From: Candidatus Omnitrophota bacterium
GTDB taxonomy: Bacteria; Omnitrophota; Gorgyraeia; Gygaellales; Profunditerraquicolaceae
Assembly: GCA_043800555.1 (NCBI GenBank)
Contig: JAZDMX010000008.1
Span: 5,340 to 69,339, forward strand
Length of the DNA stretch: 64,000 nt
Reading direction: 5' to 3'
Shown: one piece after another, positions 50,287 through 59,532 of the stretch
How the letters are laid out: every line of letters starts with the position of its first letter
How positions within the stretch are numbered: position 1 is the stretch's first letter
Made by a program: the position numbers and the translations under genes
Notes under the pieces: model-generated
Databases searched by the model: none
Told to the model about the DNA's origin: nothing
What the model saw: only the letters and a program-made list of their open reading frames with translations

Positions 50287-51578
50287 GCTTCCTCCATCCT
50301 TATCGCCACGGTTTTTTCTTTAATCCCTTCCATCTTGTCGATTATGCTTAAGGCCTGGCGTATATTTTTTTCTTTTGCCTGGTGTATAAGCATTATAATC
50401 GGGACAAGCTGCGCCTTGTTAGGCTCTTTTTGAGTTACCGAGGCGATACTTATCCCCAATTTCGCCAGCACGCCCGATACCCTGGCTAGCACCCCCGGCT
50501 TATCGACGGCCGTAAAACGGATATAATACCTGCTTTCGAAATCGTCAATTTTGCGCAACCTCTCGACGCTTTTATCCGTAACGGTTTTTAGCGTCGGCCT
50601 GAAAAGCCCCGCCTCGATATCCTGGGTCAGGTCCACCAGGTCCGAAACTACTGCCGAAGCAGCCGATAACTGGCCGGCGCCCGGGCCGTAAAATAAGAGG
50701 TTTCCCGCCAAATCGCTGGAAACGTATATCGCGTTAAAAACCCCCTCAACCGAAGACAATAAATGGGCCTTAGGGATAAGGGTTGGATGCACTCTTACCT
50801 CTAAATCCGCGCCTTCTTTTTTGGCGATTGCCAGCAATTTAATTTCAAGGCCGAGTTCCTTGGCGTAATTTACATCCGCCAAGGAAACCCGGGAGATGCC
50901 CTCGACAAACACGTCTTTTAACGCCACGAACCTGCCGAAGGATAAATAAGTAAGCAGGATTAATTTATGGGCTGAATCCATCCCTTCGATATCCAAAGTA
51001 GGGTCTTTTTCCGCAAACCCCTTCAGGCGGGCTTCTTTAAGCGCCTCCGGAAAATCGCAGTTATTTTTTGACATAGACGACAAAATGTAATTGGAAGTCC
51101 CGTTTACGATGCCGAATATACTGTTGAATCTGTTAGCAACCAGCCCCTCCCGGAGGGACTTGATAATCGGTATCCCCGCTCCGACAGAAGCCTCGAAATA
51201 AATGCTTTTTCCGCGGTCGGCGGCAGCGGTAAACAATTCCTGCCCCTGTTGCGCGAGAAGGGCTTTATTGGCGGTAACCACATTCTTGCCTTTCTTTAAG
51301 GCTTCCAAAATGAATTCTTTTGCCGGATGTATCCCCCCGATTAATTCCACCAGGATATCGATTTGCGGATCATTAATCAATTCTTTTGCCTCGCAAGTGA
51401 GCATTTCCCTGTTTACGGAGACGTTGCGCCGGGCGGATATATCCTGGTCGCAAATCTTCTTTATATTTATCTCTAATCCGGTTTTCTCGCTTAGCAGGGC
51501 TTTCCTTTCGCGTAAGATCTTGACAACCCCGGAGCCGATATTGCCGAAACCAATCAAGCCGACATTAATCCTTTTCAT
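50283..51578 (-). CDS. hom: Homoserine dehydrogenase
   Basis: 431 aa. NAD-binding motif [15 protein letters not shown], the Homoserine_dh domain, and a C-terminal ACT domain. Confidence 0.93.
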   Translation of the reverse strand: MKRINVGLIGFGNIGSGVVKILRERKALLSEKTGLEINIKKICDQDISARRNVSVNREMLTCEAKELINDPQIDILVELIGGIHPAKEFILEALKKGKNVVTANKALLAQQGQELFTAAADRGKSIYFEASVGAGIPIIKSLREGLVANRFNSIFGIVNGTSNYILSSMSKNNCDFPEALKEARLKGFAEKDPTLDIEGMDSAHKLILLTYLSFGRFVALKDVFVEGISRVSLADVNYAKELGLEIKLLAIAKKEGADLEVRVHPTLIPKAHLLSSVEGVFNAIYVSSDLAGNLLFYGPGAGQLSAASAVVSDLVDLTQDIEAGLFRPTLKTVTDKSVERLRKIDDFESRYYIRFTAVDKPGVLARVSGVLAKLGISIASVTQKEPNKAQLVPIIMLIHQAKEKNIRQALSIIDKMEGIKEKTVAIRMEEA

Positions 51579-51972
51579 TTTCTTCCTTTTTTTTCTTGAT
51601 GTAGTAACCTACCGTTTCATCAATGACCTTCTTGCGCCTTTCATCTACCGCTAAAAATTCAATCCGGGTATCGTAAATCATATCCTTCATTATTTCCCTG
51701 GATTCAAGCACTCTCCCGATGATCATAATGGGATGCGGGTCAAACGGCAGCCTTATTTCCAAAGCCAGGTTTACGCCGCTATTAAATTCTTTATTGGTGG
51801 TTAAAAGCATGCCGCCCATGCAAATGTTTTTAGTCTGGCTTATATCGATACTATCGTCTTCGTTCATTATGCGATAGGAAACAATAAAACGCCCGACCGC
51901 CCTCGGATGTTTTCTTTTCTCCGGCCCGCCATAGCTCATTTGGCACCTCCGCGCAGTATCGATAAACACCAC
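51565..51972 (-). CDS. PilZ domain protein
   Basis: 135 aa. The RKHPR (RxxxR) and DISQTKNICMGGM (D/NxSxxG) motifs are present. Confidence 0.7.
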   Translation of the reverse strand: MVFIDTARRCQMSYGGPEKRKHPRAVGRFIVSYRIMNEDDSIDISQTKNICMGGMLLTTNKEFNSGVNLALEIRLPFDPHPIMIIGRVLESREIMKDMIYDTRIEFLAVDERRKKVIDETVGYYIKKKKEENEKD

Positions 51973-52337
51973 AGGATATATTTATGTATCAGGACCTTTT
52001 GTTCTTTTTCCAAATCCAGGAACGAAACCCTTAAAAGAGAGGTCTCCAGATCCGGGTCAAAATTCTTGTTCCGCGGCTTTTCGACAGCCACAAGCTTTCC
52101 GGCTACTTCAAACCACTCAAACGGCCTAAGCGGTATCCGGATCAACATATGCACCGTAGACCCCAGGGAAAACTTCCCGTTTGCCAAAAAGCTTACCCCG
52201 TTTTCGCCTATATCCTGTATCGAGGTAATGTCCCATTTTCTCGCGGAAGCATCGGTATCGACTGAAAACTGGATAATCAGGTGCTTCTCTACGCGCTTAC
52301 TTTTCCGCTTCTCTTCAGGATTTTCCTTGTTTCCCAT
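51936..52337 (-). CDS. PilZ domain protein
   Basis: 133 aa. RKSKRVEKHLI and DITSIQDIGENGVSF motifs. Confidence 0.65.
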   Translation of the reverse strand: MGNKENPEEKRKSKRVEKHLIIQFSVDTDASARKWDITSIQDIGENGVSFLANGKFSLGSTVHMLIRIPLRPFEWFEVAGKLVAVEKPRNKNFDPDLETSLLRVSFLDLEKEQKVLIHKYILWCLSILRGGAK

Positions 52338-52360
52338 TTACTTTTCCCGCCCTAATTTAG

Positions 52361-52435
52361 TCGGGGAGGTGGGACTTGAACCCACGGCCTTTTGAACCCC
52401 ATTCAAACGCGCTAGCCAAACTGCGCTACTCCCCG
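52361..52435 (-). tRNA. tRNA-Pro (anticodon GGG)
   Basis: Manual fold: acceptor CGGGGAG/CTCCCCG; D-stem GCGC; anticodon stem TTTGA/TCAAA; loop ATGGGGT; T-stem GTGGG/CCCAC; T-loop TTCAAGT. CCA is not encoded. Confidence 0.85.
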
Positions 52436-52451
52436 ATATTTCACAATAATC

Positions 52452-53447
52452 CTATTCTTCCTTTTTTTTCCGGTCCATCAAATCCTTAAAAGCCTTGATA
52501 ACGGGCTTATTCCTGTAAATGATATTATAAACCTCTTTGGTAATAGGCAGGTCCACTTTATACTTTAAGCTTAAGGCCCGCGCGGATTTTGCGGTAGGGA
52601 CCCCCTCGGCAACCCCTGCCTGATGGATCCGTCGCAATGCCTTGCCCCTGCCGACTTCTTCCCCCACAAACCTGTTCCGGCTATGCGGGCTGATGCAAGT
52701 GGTAACCAAATCCCCTAACCCGCTTATTCCGCTAAATGTGCTTGCCTTTGCCCCCATAGCAACTCCAAGCCTGGAAATTTCAGCCAAGCCCCGCGCCAGG
52801 ATGGCCGCTTTAGTATTTGCCCCAAAGCCCAAGCCATCAGAGATGCCGCAAGCTATGGCGATAACGTTTTTAAGGCTGCCCCCCAGCTCGACTCCGGTCA
52901 CGTCATTATTGGTGTATACCCTGAACCTATCCGTCATAAAAACGCCTTGCAGGAATTTCCTTGCCTTTTTATCCGCCGAAGCGATTACCGCTACCGCGGG
53001 CAACCCCTGGGCGATTTCATAAGCGATTGTGGGCCCGGAAAGAACGGCCAGCTTCACTTTTCCCAGCTCGCTATAAATTATTTCCGAAACCCGCATCAAG
53101 CTGCCGATTTCAATCCCTTTGGTGACGCTGAGGTATACCGCTTTAGAAGGATAACCCGCTTGGCAGGCCTTTTTTAAAACCCGGCGCATATATTGCGAGG
53201 GCACCGCCAAAACAATTATATCCTTATCCTTTAAGGCGCATCTCAAGTCGCTGGTAAAAATTACGCCTTTGGGGATTTTAATCCCCGGCAGGAATTTTTC
53301 GTTTACCCTTTTTTTATTGGTATTGTTTATATTCCCGGCAAACGCCCCCCAGACAACAACGCTAAATCCTTTTTTCGATAAAAGGATTGCCAGCGTAGTC
53401 CCCCAGCCGCCGTCGCCTAAAATTGCTATTTCAGGTTTATGTCCCAT
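52452..53447 (-). CDS. gpsA: NAD(P)H-dependent glycerol-3-phosphate dehydrogenase
   Basis: 331 aa. IAILGDGGWGTTLAILL, and the GpsA C-terminal domain. Confidence 0.93.
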   Translation of the reverse strand: MGHKPEIAILGDGGWGTTLAILLSKKGFSVVVWGAFAGNINNTNKKRVNEKFLPGIKIPKGVIFTSDLRCALKDKDIIVLAVPSQYMRRVLKKACQAGYPSKAVYLSVTKGIEIGSLMRVSEIIYSELGKVKLAVLSGPTIAYEIAQGLPAVAVIASADKKARKFLQGVFMTDRFRVYTNNDVTGVELGGSLKNVIAIACGISDGLGFGANTKAAILARGLAEISRLGVAMGAKASTFSGISGLGDLVTTCISPHSRNRFVGEEVGRGKALRRIHQAGVAEGVPTAKSARALSLKYKVDLPITKEVYNIIYRNKPVIKAFKDLMDRKKKEE

Positions 53448-53803
53448 GTTTTAGCCGTAATCCCCTGTTCTTCACGCGTAATAAATCTTACCCCCACGTC
53501 AAAATTATCCAGCCCCTTGGATTCAACCCTTACCACCTTGCCGATAATGCCGTTTTGATAGATAAAAACCCTTTTCTCTAGCTCCGCGCATACGGATAAA
53601 ACCCCCCGGTCAAAAGAAAGCCAGACTATGTCCTCGGGGCTGACTCCTTCCTTTACGTTACACAAGAGGCCGGCGGAACTTACGTTAGAGGTATAGCCTT
53701 CCAGCAATTTAGAAATAGTTTCTTTCTTGCAAACCTTGTAGGCTAAAGGAGTGGAGTAATCCAGCCTGGTAAATTCCCTGCGCTCCGTAGAGTTATTTTC
53801 CAT
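53426..53803 (-). CDS. PilZ domain protein
   Basis: 125 aa. RREFTRLDYS and NVSSAGLL motifs. Confidence 0.65.
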   Translation of the reverse strand: MENNSTERREFTRLDYSTPLAYKVCKKETISKLLEGYTSNVSSAGLLCNVKEGVSPEDIVWLSFDRGVLSVCAELEKRVFIYQNGIIGKVVRVESKGLDNFDVGVRFITREEQGITAKTWDINLK

Positions 53804-54552
53804 TATTTTATGGTCAAATTTTGCTTATTTGTCCTAAGTTTAGCCAGGTCCCAGGCGTAATCATAAAGATGCAAGCCCTTGCTTGCCGCAATGATCTCGC
53901 CGTCTTCCACTCCTATTTCCTCCGCCATATACTGTTTTACTAATTGCAGGCCGCCGAGGTTTGAGGGAAATCCGCCCCAGAGGTCCCAGGAGCGAAAATA
54001 GAGCATAAAATGCAGCTTGCCGTAGCGGATCCTGGTATCAATTATCCTTAAGCACGGCGGGTCGATTAATTTTATGTCCGAGGGCATCCCAATCTCCATC
54101 ACCGCTTGGTTGGTGCCGGGGCCTTTATCTTTATAAAGCTTGATTACTTCTTCGATCTGATTGACCCCTAAAGGCATCTCTTTGGACATCTCTTGCCCGC
54201 CTACCTTTTCTTTCACTTTAACCGCGGGGTTAACCAGCCTTTCTCCGTAAGTATAGTCTTCGGTTTCGGTTTTTGTGCCCGTCATAAGGTAGCTTAAATA
54301 ACCCTGGATATAATCCATATCCGTAGGCGCCGGTATAGTCATTCCTTCGGGAATTATGGGGATAATCTGGTGCGCCGGCTTTTTTACGCGCACTACGCAA
54401 TAATCGAATTCAAGCCGTTTTTGGCCTTCATAGCTTCCTTTGGTTATGGTATAAACATGGCCGTGATCAAGTATTTCGGATAAACACTGGAACCAGGCGT
54501 CATCCAGATCAAAAGCATCGATATAAACCGGTTTCAATAGCCCTTCGCTCAT
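53803..54552 (-). CDS. Divergent thymidylate synthase-fold protein (ThyA / dCMP-hydroxymethylase superfamily)
   Basis: 249 aa. PCLRIIDTRI...FMLYFRSWDLWGGFPSNLGGLQLVKQYMAEEIG parallels the ThyA signature PCH...[22 protein letters not shown], including the catalytic Cys. The N-terminus resembles short archaeal-type ThyA. Confidence 0.5.
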   Translation of the reverse strand: MSEGLLKPVYIDAFDLDDAWFQCLSEILDHGHVYTITKGSYEGQKRLEFDYCVVRVKKPAHQIIPIIPEGMTIPAPTDMDYIQGYLSYLMTGTKTETEDYTYGERLVNPAVKVKEKVGGQEMSKEMPLGVNQIEEVIKLYKDKGPGTNQAVMEIGMPSDIKLIDPPCLRIIDTRIRYGKLHFMLYFRSWDLWGGFPSNLGGLQLVKQYMAEEIGVEDGEIIAASKGLHLYDYAWDLAKLRTNKQNLTIK

Positions 54553-54572
54553 CTAATCCTTTTGGTTAAATG

Positions 54573-54959
54573 CTACTTGCCAAGTTTTTCCTTAGCGTCC
54601 TTAATAAACGCCTTAAAACAACCGATGATCTGCGGAATCGAAGCGTTTTTTCCTATATACCCGGCGCAGCCGTATTCGTTGGATTTGGTGACCAATTGCT
54701 CGTCATAGCCAAAGCCGGTAATCATAATGACAATCGCGGCTGGCTTTTTCTCTTTGATTTTCTTGAGGGTTTCCATCCCGCTTGCGCCGCCGAGCTTTAC
54801 ATCCAGCAGGACAGCTTCAAAATCAACCTTATCTATTAATTCAAGCGCCTCTTCTCCGGTGGCAGACGCCTGGACAGAGTAACCCTCTTTCCGCAGTAAG
54901 TCTTTGAGCATATCCCTTACCGGCGATTCATCGTCAACTACCAGGATTTTACCGGGCAT
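54573..54959 (-). CDS. Response regulator, receiver domain only
   Basis: 128 aa. KILVVDDESPVRDMLKDLL...LLDVKLGGASG, a CheY-like receiver with the phospho-acceptor Asp. Confidence 0.85.
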   Translation of the reverse strand: MPGKILVVDDESPVRDMLKDLLRKEGYSVQASATGEEALELIDKVDFEAVLLDVKLGGASGMETLKKIKEKKPAAIVIMITGFGYDEQLVTKSNEYGCAGYIGKNASIPQIIGCFKAFIKDAKEKLGK

Positions 54960-54960
54960 A

Positions 54961-56436
54961 TCATTCTCCTTTTCCTGTAACGGGAAGTTTTATGGTAAAG
55001 GTCGTGCCTTTGCCGGTTTGACTGTCAACTTCTATGGAACCATGATGGTTCTTGATAATATTATAACAGATAGAAAGCCCCAAGCCAGTCCCTTCATTTT
55101 TGGTCGAGAAAAAAGGCATAAACAGGTTCTTTAAATTATCCGGGCTTATGCCGTAACCGGTGTCAGAGATCCTGATCCTGACAAATTCCTGGCCAGAGGG
55201 TTTATCCGTGGCTATTGTGAGGTCCCCGCCATTTGGCATCGCCTGGCAGGCGTTGATGCATATATTTATAAGGACTTCCTGTAATTGATGGGCATCGGCC
55301 CGGACCAAAGGAAGCTCTTTGGCAAAAGATTTGATTATCTTTATTTTATGAGACGGCATCTTATGGTAAGCGATAAAAGGCAGGACATTCTTAATTACCT
55401 TATTGATGTCCAGGTTTTCCCGGTTCGGCGAAGCCTTGCGCGCAAAGGCGAGGAAGCGGTCCACGAGGCTGCGGATCCTGCCCGCCTGGGAATCGATTAT
55501 TTTTAAATCACTCCTTAGCCTGGAGGGCATTTTCTTATTGCCTAAAAGCATTTGCAACCTTCCGGAAATTACAAAAAGCGGGTTATTTATTTCATGGGCC
55601 ATGCCGGCGGCAAGCTTGCCCACGGCAGCCATCTTCTCGGATTGAAAGATTTGGTATTCGAGCTTTTTTTCTTCCGTTACGTCTTTGGCGATAAAAATAT
55701 AACCGACGTGCTTAAGGTCTGCGTCAAGAAACCGGCTTACCCCCAACATCACCGGAAAAGAGGCGCCGTCCTTTTTAACGAGGCAGGCCTCCAGTTCGCA
55801 TTGGCCGTGTTCTTTTACCTGCTCGAATATAAAAGGGAGCTTATGCATTGCATCGTCAAGGCTGTGCAAAAGCCCGGCGTGCTTAAAGGCAATCTCGCTT
55901 TTTTGCCAGCCGAACATCGTTTCAAAACCCATGCCGCAATAAGTGATATTGCCTTCTAAGTTAACCGAATAGAGGGCGTATTCCTTGATGTTAGAGAGTA
56001 TATTCCTAAGGGTATCGTCGATTTTCTTGAGGGAAGCCTCTCTTTCTTTCAGCAAGGTTACGTCGCTGCCTAAAAGCAGTATCCCTTCCAGGGCCTTTGG
56101 CCCGGCGAGCATCGGGGTTATGTTCCAGGATATAACGCGCTCCCTTTTTGAGCTATCCACCACCGAGGCCTCGAAAATATTCGGCCTTTTATAAGTAATC
56201 GTATCCAGCAAAACGGCTTTAATCATCTGTTCTTTTATGGCGGCGTTAGAATCATTGTATAAAATTTCGGCCCAGCGCTTGCCGATAAGCTCCTGCCTCG
56301 GTTTTCCGGAAATCTCTTCCGCTTTTTTATTGCACATGGAAATATCCCCGCAAGGGTCCAGGTATAAAACGATCGCATTGGACTCTTCCAGGAGCCCGTT
56401 AACCGGTTTATCTATGCTTTTATAGCCAGAGTTCAT
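54961..56436 (-). CDS. PAS-domain sensor histidine kinase
   Basis: 491 aa. PAS repeats, the H-box AHEINNPL, and HATPase_c N/G boxes (DTGYGISPD, GTGLGLSI). It is cytoplasmic, with no transmembrane segment. Confidence 0.85.
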   Translation of the reverse strand: MNSGYKSIDKPVNGLLEESNAIVLYLDPCGDISMCNKKAEEISGKPRQELIGKRWAEILYNDSNAAIKEQMIKAVLLDTITYKRPNIFEASVVDSSKRERVISWNITPMLAGPKALEGILLLGSDVTLLKEREASLKKIDDTLRNILSNIKEYALYSVNLEGNITYCGMGFETMFGWQKSEIAFKHAGLLHSLDDAMHKLPFIFEQVKEHGQCELEACLVKKDGASFPVMLGVSRFLDADLKHVGYIFIAKDVTEEKKLEYQIFQSEKMAAVGKLAAGMAHEINNPLFVISGRLQMLLGNKKMPSRLRSDLKIIDSQAGRIRSLVDRFLAFARKASPNRENLDINKVIKNVLPFIAYHKMPSHKIKIIKSFAKELPLVRADAHQLQEVLINICINACQAMPNGGDLTIATDKPSGQEFVRIRISDTGYGISPDNLKNLFMPFFSTKNEGTGLGLSICYNIIKNHHGSIEVDSQTGKGTTFTIKLPVTGKGE

Positions 56437-56441
56437 TTTCT

Positions 56442-56515
56442 TGGAGCGGGTGATCGGAATCGAACCGACATATATAGCTTGGAAGGCTATTGTTCTACCA
56501 TTGAACTACACCCGC
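56442..56515 (-). tRNA. tRNA-Gly (anticodon TCC)
   Basis: Manual fold: acceptor GCGGGTG/CACCCGC; D-stem GTTC/GAAC; anticodon loop CTTCCAA; T-loop TTCGATT. The 3' CCA is encoded. Confidence 0.85.
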
Positions 56516-56547
56516 AATATAACACATTATTCAAACAGAAGATTTAT

Positions 56548-56630
56548 TGGGCAGGAGAGGATTCGAACCTCTGAAGCACAAGTGCAGCAGATTTACAGTC
56601 TGCCCCCTTTGGCCACTTGGGTACCTACCC
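56548..56630 (-). tRNA. tRNA-Tyr (anticodon GTA), class II with a long variable arm
   Basis: Manual fold: acceptor GGGTAGG/CCTGCCC (one G-U pair); 3-bp D-stem; anticodon stem GCAGA/TCTGC; loop CTGTAAA; 14-nt variable arm; T-loop TTCGAAT. Confidence 0.8.
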
Positions 56631-56658
56631 TTATTTGAATAACTGTTTATCCTAATAA

Positions 56659-56731
56659 AGCCGGCGAGAGGAATTGAACCCCCGACCATCTGTTTACAAA
56701 ACAGACGCTCTGCCAACTGAGCTACGCCGGC
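56659..56731 (-). tRNA. tRNA-Thr (anticodon TGT)
   Basis: Manual fold: acceptor GCCGGCG/CGCCGGC; D-stem GCTC/GAGC; anticodon stem TCTGT/ACAGA; loop TTTGTAA; T-loop TTCAATT. Confidence 0.8.
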
Positions 56732-56732
56732 G

Positions 56733-57596
56733 TTAACCGCTCATCTTAATCGCTTCAGGGATTTTAGCAATAATATCCGAAGCAATCAAGGAAATTTGCG
56801 TTTTTTCTTTTGCCGCCAGGTCTCCGGCTAACCCGTGCAGATAAACCCCGTATTTTGCGGCGGAAAAACCTTCCAGCCCTTGGCCTAAAAACGCGGCAAT
56901 AATCCCGGTCAAGACATCGCCGCTTCCGGCGGAACTCATCCCGGGGTTCCCCGTTTTATTAATATATAAACGGCCTTTTTCGCTGCTGACTACCGTATTA
57001 TGCCCTTTTAGCGCTAACGTCAATTTAAAGCTTTGGGAAAATTCACGGGCTATTTCCCCTCTGTTTCTTTGGATTTCATCCACCGTAGCCCCCAATAAAC
57101 GCGCCATCTCCTTAGGATGCGGAGTTAAAACAACCGGCTGCCGGCATCCTTTAGCCGGGAGCAAGGCGCTCAAATGGCCGGCTAAGGCGTTGAGCCCGTC
57201 GGCATCGATAACCATAGGCTTATCGATATGCCGCGCTATTTTACGCGTTAGGGACTGAGTGGATTTGTCCCGGCTTAACCCCGGGCCGATAACCAATATG
57301 TCAATTTTTTTGGCAAAACTTTTTATTTGAGCGTACGCGCTTTTGGCTAGCGCGCCGCCGGCAGTTTGCGGCAGGGGCAAAGTCATTACTTCTTTAAGCT
57401 TGGCCTTGATTATCGCGTTATTTATCCCCCGGGGTATCCCTAAGGTGACCAGTCCCGCCCCCGAACGCATAGCGGCTTCCGCGCAAAGAAGGGCTGCCCC
57501 GGAATAAGCCCGGGAACCAGCCAGGACAAAAATATGCCCGTAATCCCCTTTATTACTTTCGGATCTTCTTAGTAATAATCGCGTTGGCAACCGCAT
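56733..57596 (-). CDS. nnrD: ADP-dependent NAD(P)H-hydrate dehydratase (YjeF C-terminal / carbohydrate-kinase family)
   Basis: 287 aa. YGHIFVLAGSRAYSGAALLCAEAA...GPGL matches the YjeF_C motifs. Confidence 0.8.
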   Translation of the reverse strand: MRLPTRLLLRRSESNKGDYGHIFVLAGSRAYSGAALLCAEAAMRSGAGLVTLGIPRGINNAIIKAKLKEVMTLPLPQTAGGALAKSAYAQIKSFAKKIDILVIGPGLSRDKSTQSLTRKIARHIDKPMVIDADGLNALAGHLSALLPAKGCRQPVVLTPHPKEMARLLGATVDEIQRNRGEIAREFSQSFKLTLALKGHNTVVSSEKGRLYINKTGNPGMSSAGSGDVLTGIIAAFLGQGLEGFSAAKYGVYLHGLAGDLAAKEKTQISLIASDIIAKIPEAIKMSG

Positions 57597-57915
57597 AATT
57601 CTTTACGTGAGATATGGAGATAGCTACATCCGCGTCCTTGCCCTTGGCGTTCAGGAACTTACAGGAGGGCTTGCCTGTTTTATCATTTAATATTTCAATA
57701 TCTTTCCAATTCAATTCCGCTTCCCCCAGGGCTTTGAATACCGCTTCTTTGGCGGCGAATCTTCCCGCCAAATGCTGGTATAGGCTGCCCCGGGTTTTGG
57801 CGTTTACCAGCTCCCGGCCGGTAAATACGCGGTTTAAAAACGCCTCTCCCCATTTCTCTGCCGCCTTTTTTATGCGGCTTACTTCAGTTATATCCACTCC
57901 GGTCCCTAAAATCAT
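57553..57915 (-). CDS. acpS: Holo-[acyl-carrier-protein] synthase
   Basis: 120 aa. MILGTGVDITEVSRI...AGRFAAKEAVFKALG. Confidence 0.9.
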   Translation of the reverse strand: MILGTGVDITEVSRIKKAAEKWGEAFLNRVFTGRELVNAKTRGSLYQHLAGRFAAKEAVFKALGEAELNWKDIEILNDKTGKPSCKFLNAKGKDADVAISISHVKNYAVANAIITKKIRK

Positions 57916-57916
57916 A

Positions 57917-58627
57917 TTAATTTATCAGTTCTTTCATTTCTTTAACGGCCTTGGCTAAACCCGCCAATACCGCCCGGGAAATTATCGAATGGCCTATGTT
58001 CAGTTCTTCGATACCCTTGATCCGGGCGACCGAAGAAACATTATCATAATTCAGGCCGTGCCCGGCAAAAACCCGCAGGTTAAATTCTTTCGCCAATTCA
58101 ACCGCCGATTGCAGCTGCTTGAGAAACCTCTCCTTTTCCTTCCTGCTCTTGGCGTTTGCGTAAGAACCGGTATGGAATTCGACCATTGCGGCTTGGCTTG
58201 ATTTGGCGGCCGCAACCTGTTTTCTGACCGGGTCAATAAATAAGCTCACCCCGATACCGGCGGCTTCCAGCCTCTTAACGGCGTTATTTATCTTATTCTG
58301 GTTGGAAGCTACATCTAAACCGCCTTCCGTAGTCAGCTCCCGGCGCCTTTCCGGGACCAAAGTTGCTTGATCGGGTTTTATCCTGGAGGCGATATCGATA
58401 ATTTCAGCAGTTGCCGACATCTCGAGGTTAAACCTTACCTTGACCGCCTTTTTCAATAAAAGCACGTCTTTATCGTTAATGTGCCTGCGGTCTTCCCTTA
58501 GATGGGCGACAATCGCGTCTGCTCCGCTTGCCTGGGCTATCAAAGCAGCCGCTACAGGCACGGGCTCTAATCCGCCCCTTGCCTCTCTTAGCGTCGCGAC
58601 ATGGTCGATATTTACGCCTAAACGCAT
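57917..58627 (-). CDS. pdxJ: Pyridoxine 5'-phosphate synthase
   Basis: MRLGVNIDHVATLREARGG. I chose the start at the ATG at 58625-58627; the ORF track extends it to 58684 via an alternative start. Confidence 0.85.
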   Translation of the reverse strand: MRLGVNIDHVATLREARGGLEPVPVAAALIAQASGADAIVAHLREDRRHINDKDVLLLKKAVKVRFNLEMSATAEIIDIASRIKPDQATLVPERRRELTTEGGLDVASNQNKINNAVKRLEAAGIGVSLFIDPVRKQVAAAKSSQAAMVEFHTGSYANAKSRKEKERFLKQLQSAVELAKEFNLRVFAGHGLNYDNVSSVARIKGIEELNIGHSIISRAVLAGLAKAVKEMKELIN

Positions 58628-58631
58628 AATA

Positions 58632-58769
58632 TTATTGCCCCAAGAACATCTCTTCCTTGATATACAGCCAAACAATGACCGCAAAAATCAAAGAGATGAG
58701 CTTTAACCAGGGATGATACGTAAAAATATGGATTATCCTGTAGATTATATTAATACTCTTTTTTGCCAT
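58632..58769 (-). CDS. Candidate 45-aa small membrane protein (not in the ORF track, which has a length cutoff)
   Basis: The ATG lies 1 nt after the cdaA TAG stop (caaTAGcATGgca), suggesting translational coupling. The sequence is MAKKSINIIYRIIHIFTYHPWLKLISLIFAVIVWLYIKEEMFLGQ, with one predicted transmembrane helix. It ends 5 nt before the pdxJ ATG. Confidence 0.3.
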   Translation of the reverse strand: MAKKSINIIYRIIHIFTYHPWLKLISLIFAVIVWLYIKEEMFLGQ

Positions 58770-58770
58770 G

Positions 58771-59532
58771 CTATTGCCTTGCCTTAATTATCTCTTTTAG
58801 TTTTAGAAACAGGTATTCGTGTGCCAGGTTATTGTATAAATTCCCCTTGTAAACCAGCGAGATATCCTGCCTCTCCTCGGAAACTACGATTATAACCGCG
58901 TCAGTTTCTTCGCTTAAGCCGATTGCCGCCCTATGGCGTGTCCCAAAGATACGGTTTATGTCAAGCCTCTGGGCAAGCGGGAAAAGCGCTCCGGCGCTTA
59001 CGATCCTGCCCCGTTGAATAATCAGGGCCCCGTCATGCAGCGGGTTATTGGGAGTAAATATCGCCTGGATCAATTCCGAAGAAATCCTGGACTCAACCCT
59101 GACCCCGCTTTCTATGTATCCGGATAGCGAATCGTTTTTCTCAATGGCGATAAGGGCGCCGATTTTATAGCCGGCAAGCTCCTCTGCCGCTTTGATGACT
59201 TCTTTAAGCATATGGTCAATTTCTTCTTCGTCCATGGAATTGGTGAAAATATTGCGTTGCCCTAGCCGCGCCAGCGCCTGCCTTATTTCAGGATGGAAAA
59301 TTACCAAAAGCGCGATTACGGAAGTCGAGAAAAAATTCTTAAATAACCAATCCAGCCTTTCCAGGCCTAATTTCTGGAAGATAAAGAATGCCACCAGGAC
59401 AATGGCGATCCCCCGCATGACCTGTATAGCGCGGGAGCCTTCGAAAAAAAGCATCGCCCGGTAAATTACAATCCAGAGGATTGTAATTTCAAGGATCGAT
59501 ACCCAATGCGTCAAAATATTCTCAAGGCTCAT
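58771..59532 (-). CDS. cdaA: Diadenylate cyclase CdaA (synthesises c-di-AMP)
   Basis: 253 aa. Three N-terminal transmembrane helices and a DisA_N DAC domain (TRHRAAIGLSEETDAVIIVVSEE). Confidence 0.9.
   Translation of the reverse strand: MSLENILTHWVSILEITILWIVIYRAMLFFEGSRAIQVMRGIAIVLVAFFIFQKLGLERLDWLFKNFFSTSVIALLVIFHPEIRQALARLGQRNIFTNSMDEEEIDHMLKEVIKAAEELAGYKIGALIAIEKNDSLSGYIESGVRVESRISSELIQAIFTPNNPLHDGALIIQRGRIVSAGALFPLAQRLDINRIFGTRHRAAIGLSEETDAVIIVVSEERQDISLVYKGNLYNNLAHEYLFLKLKEIIKARQ

Noticed and set aside
56531-56716. 61-aa minus-strand ORF from the track
   Set aside because: It lies entirely within the tRNA-Tyr and tRNA-Thr genes and their spacer.
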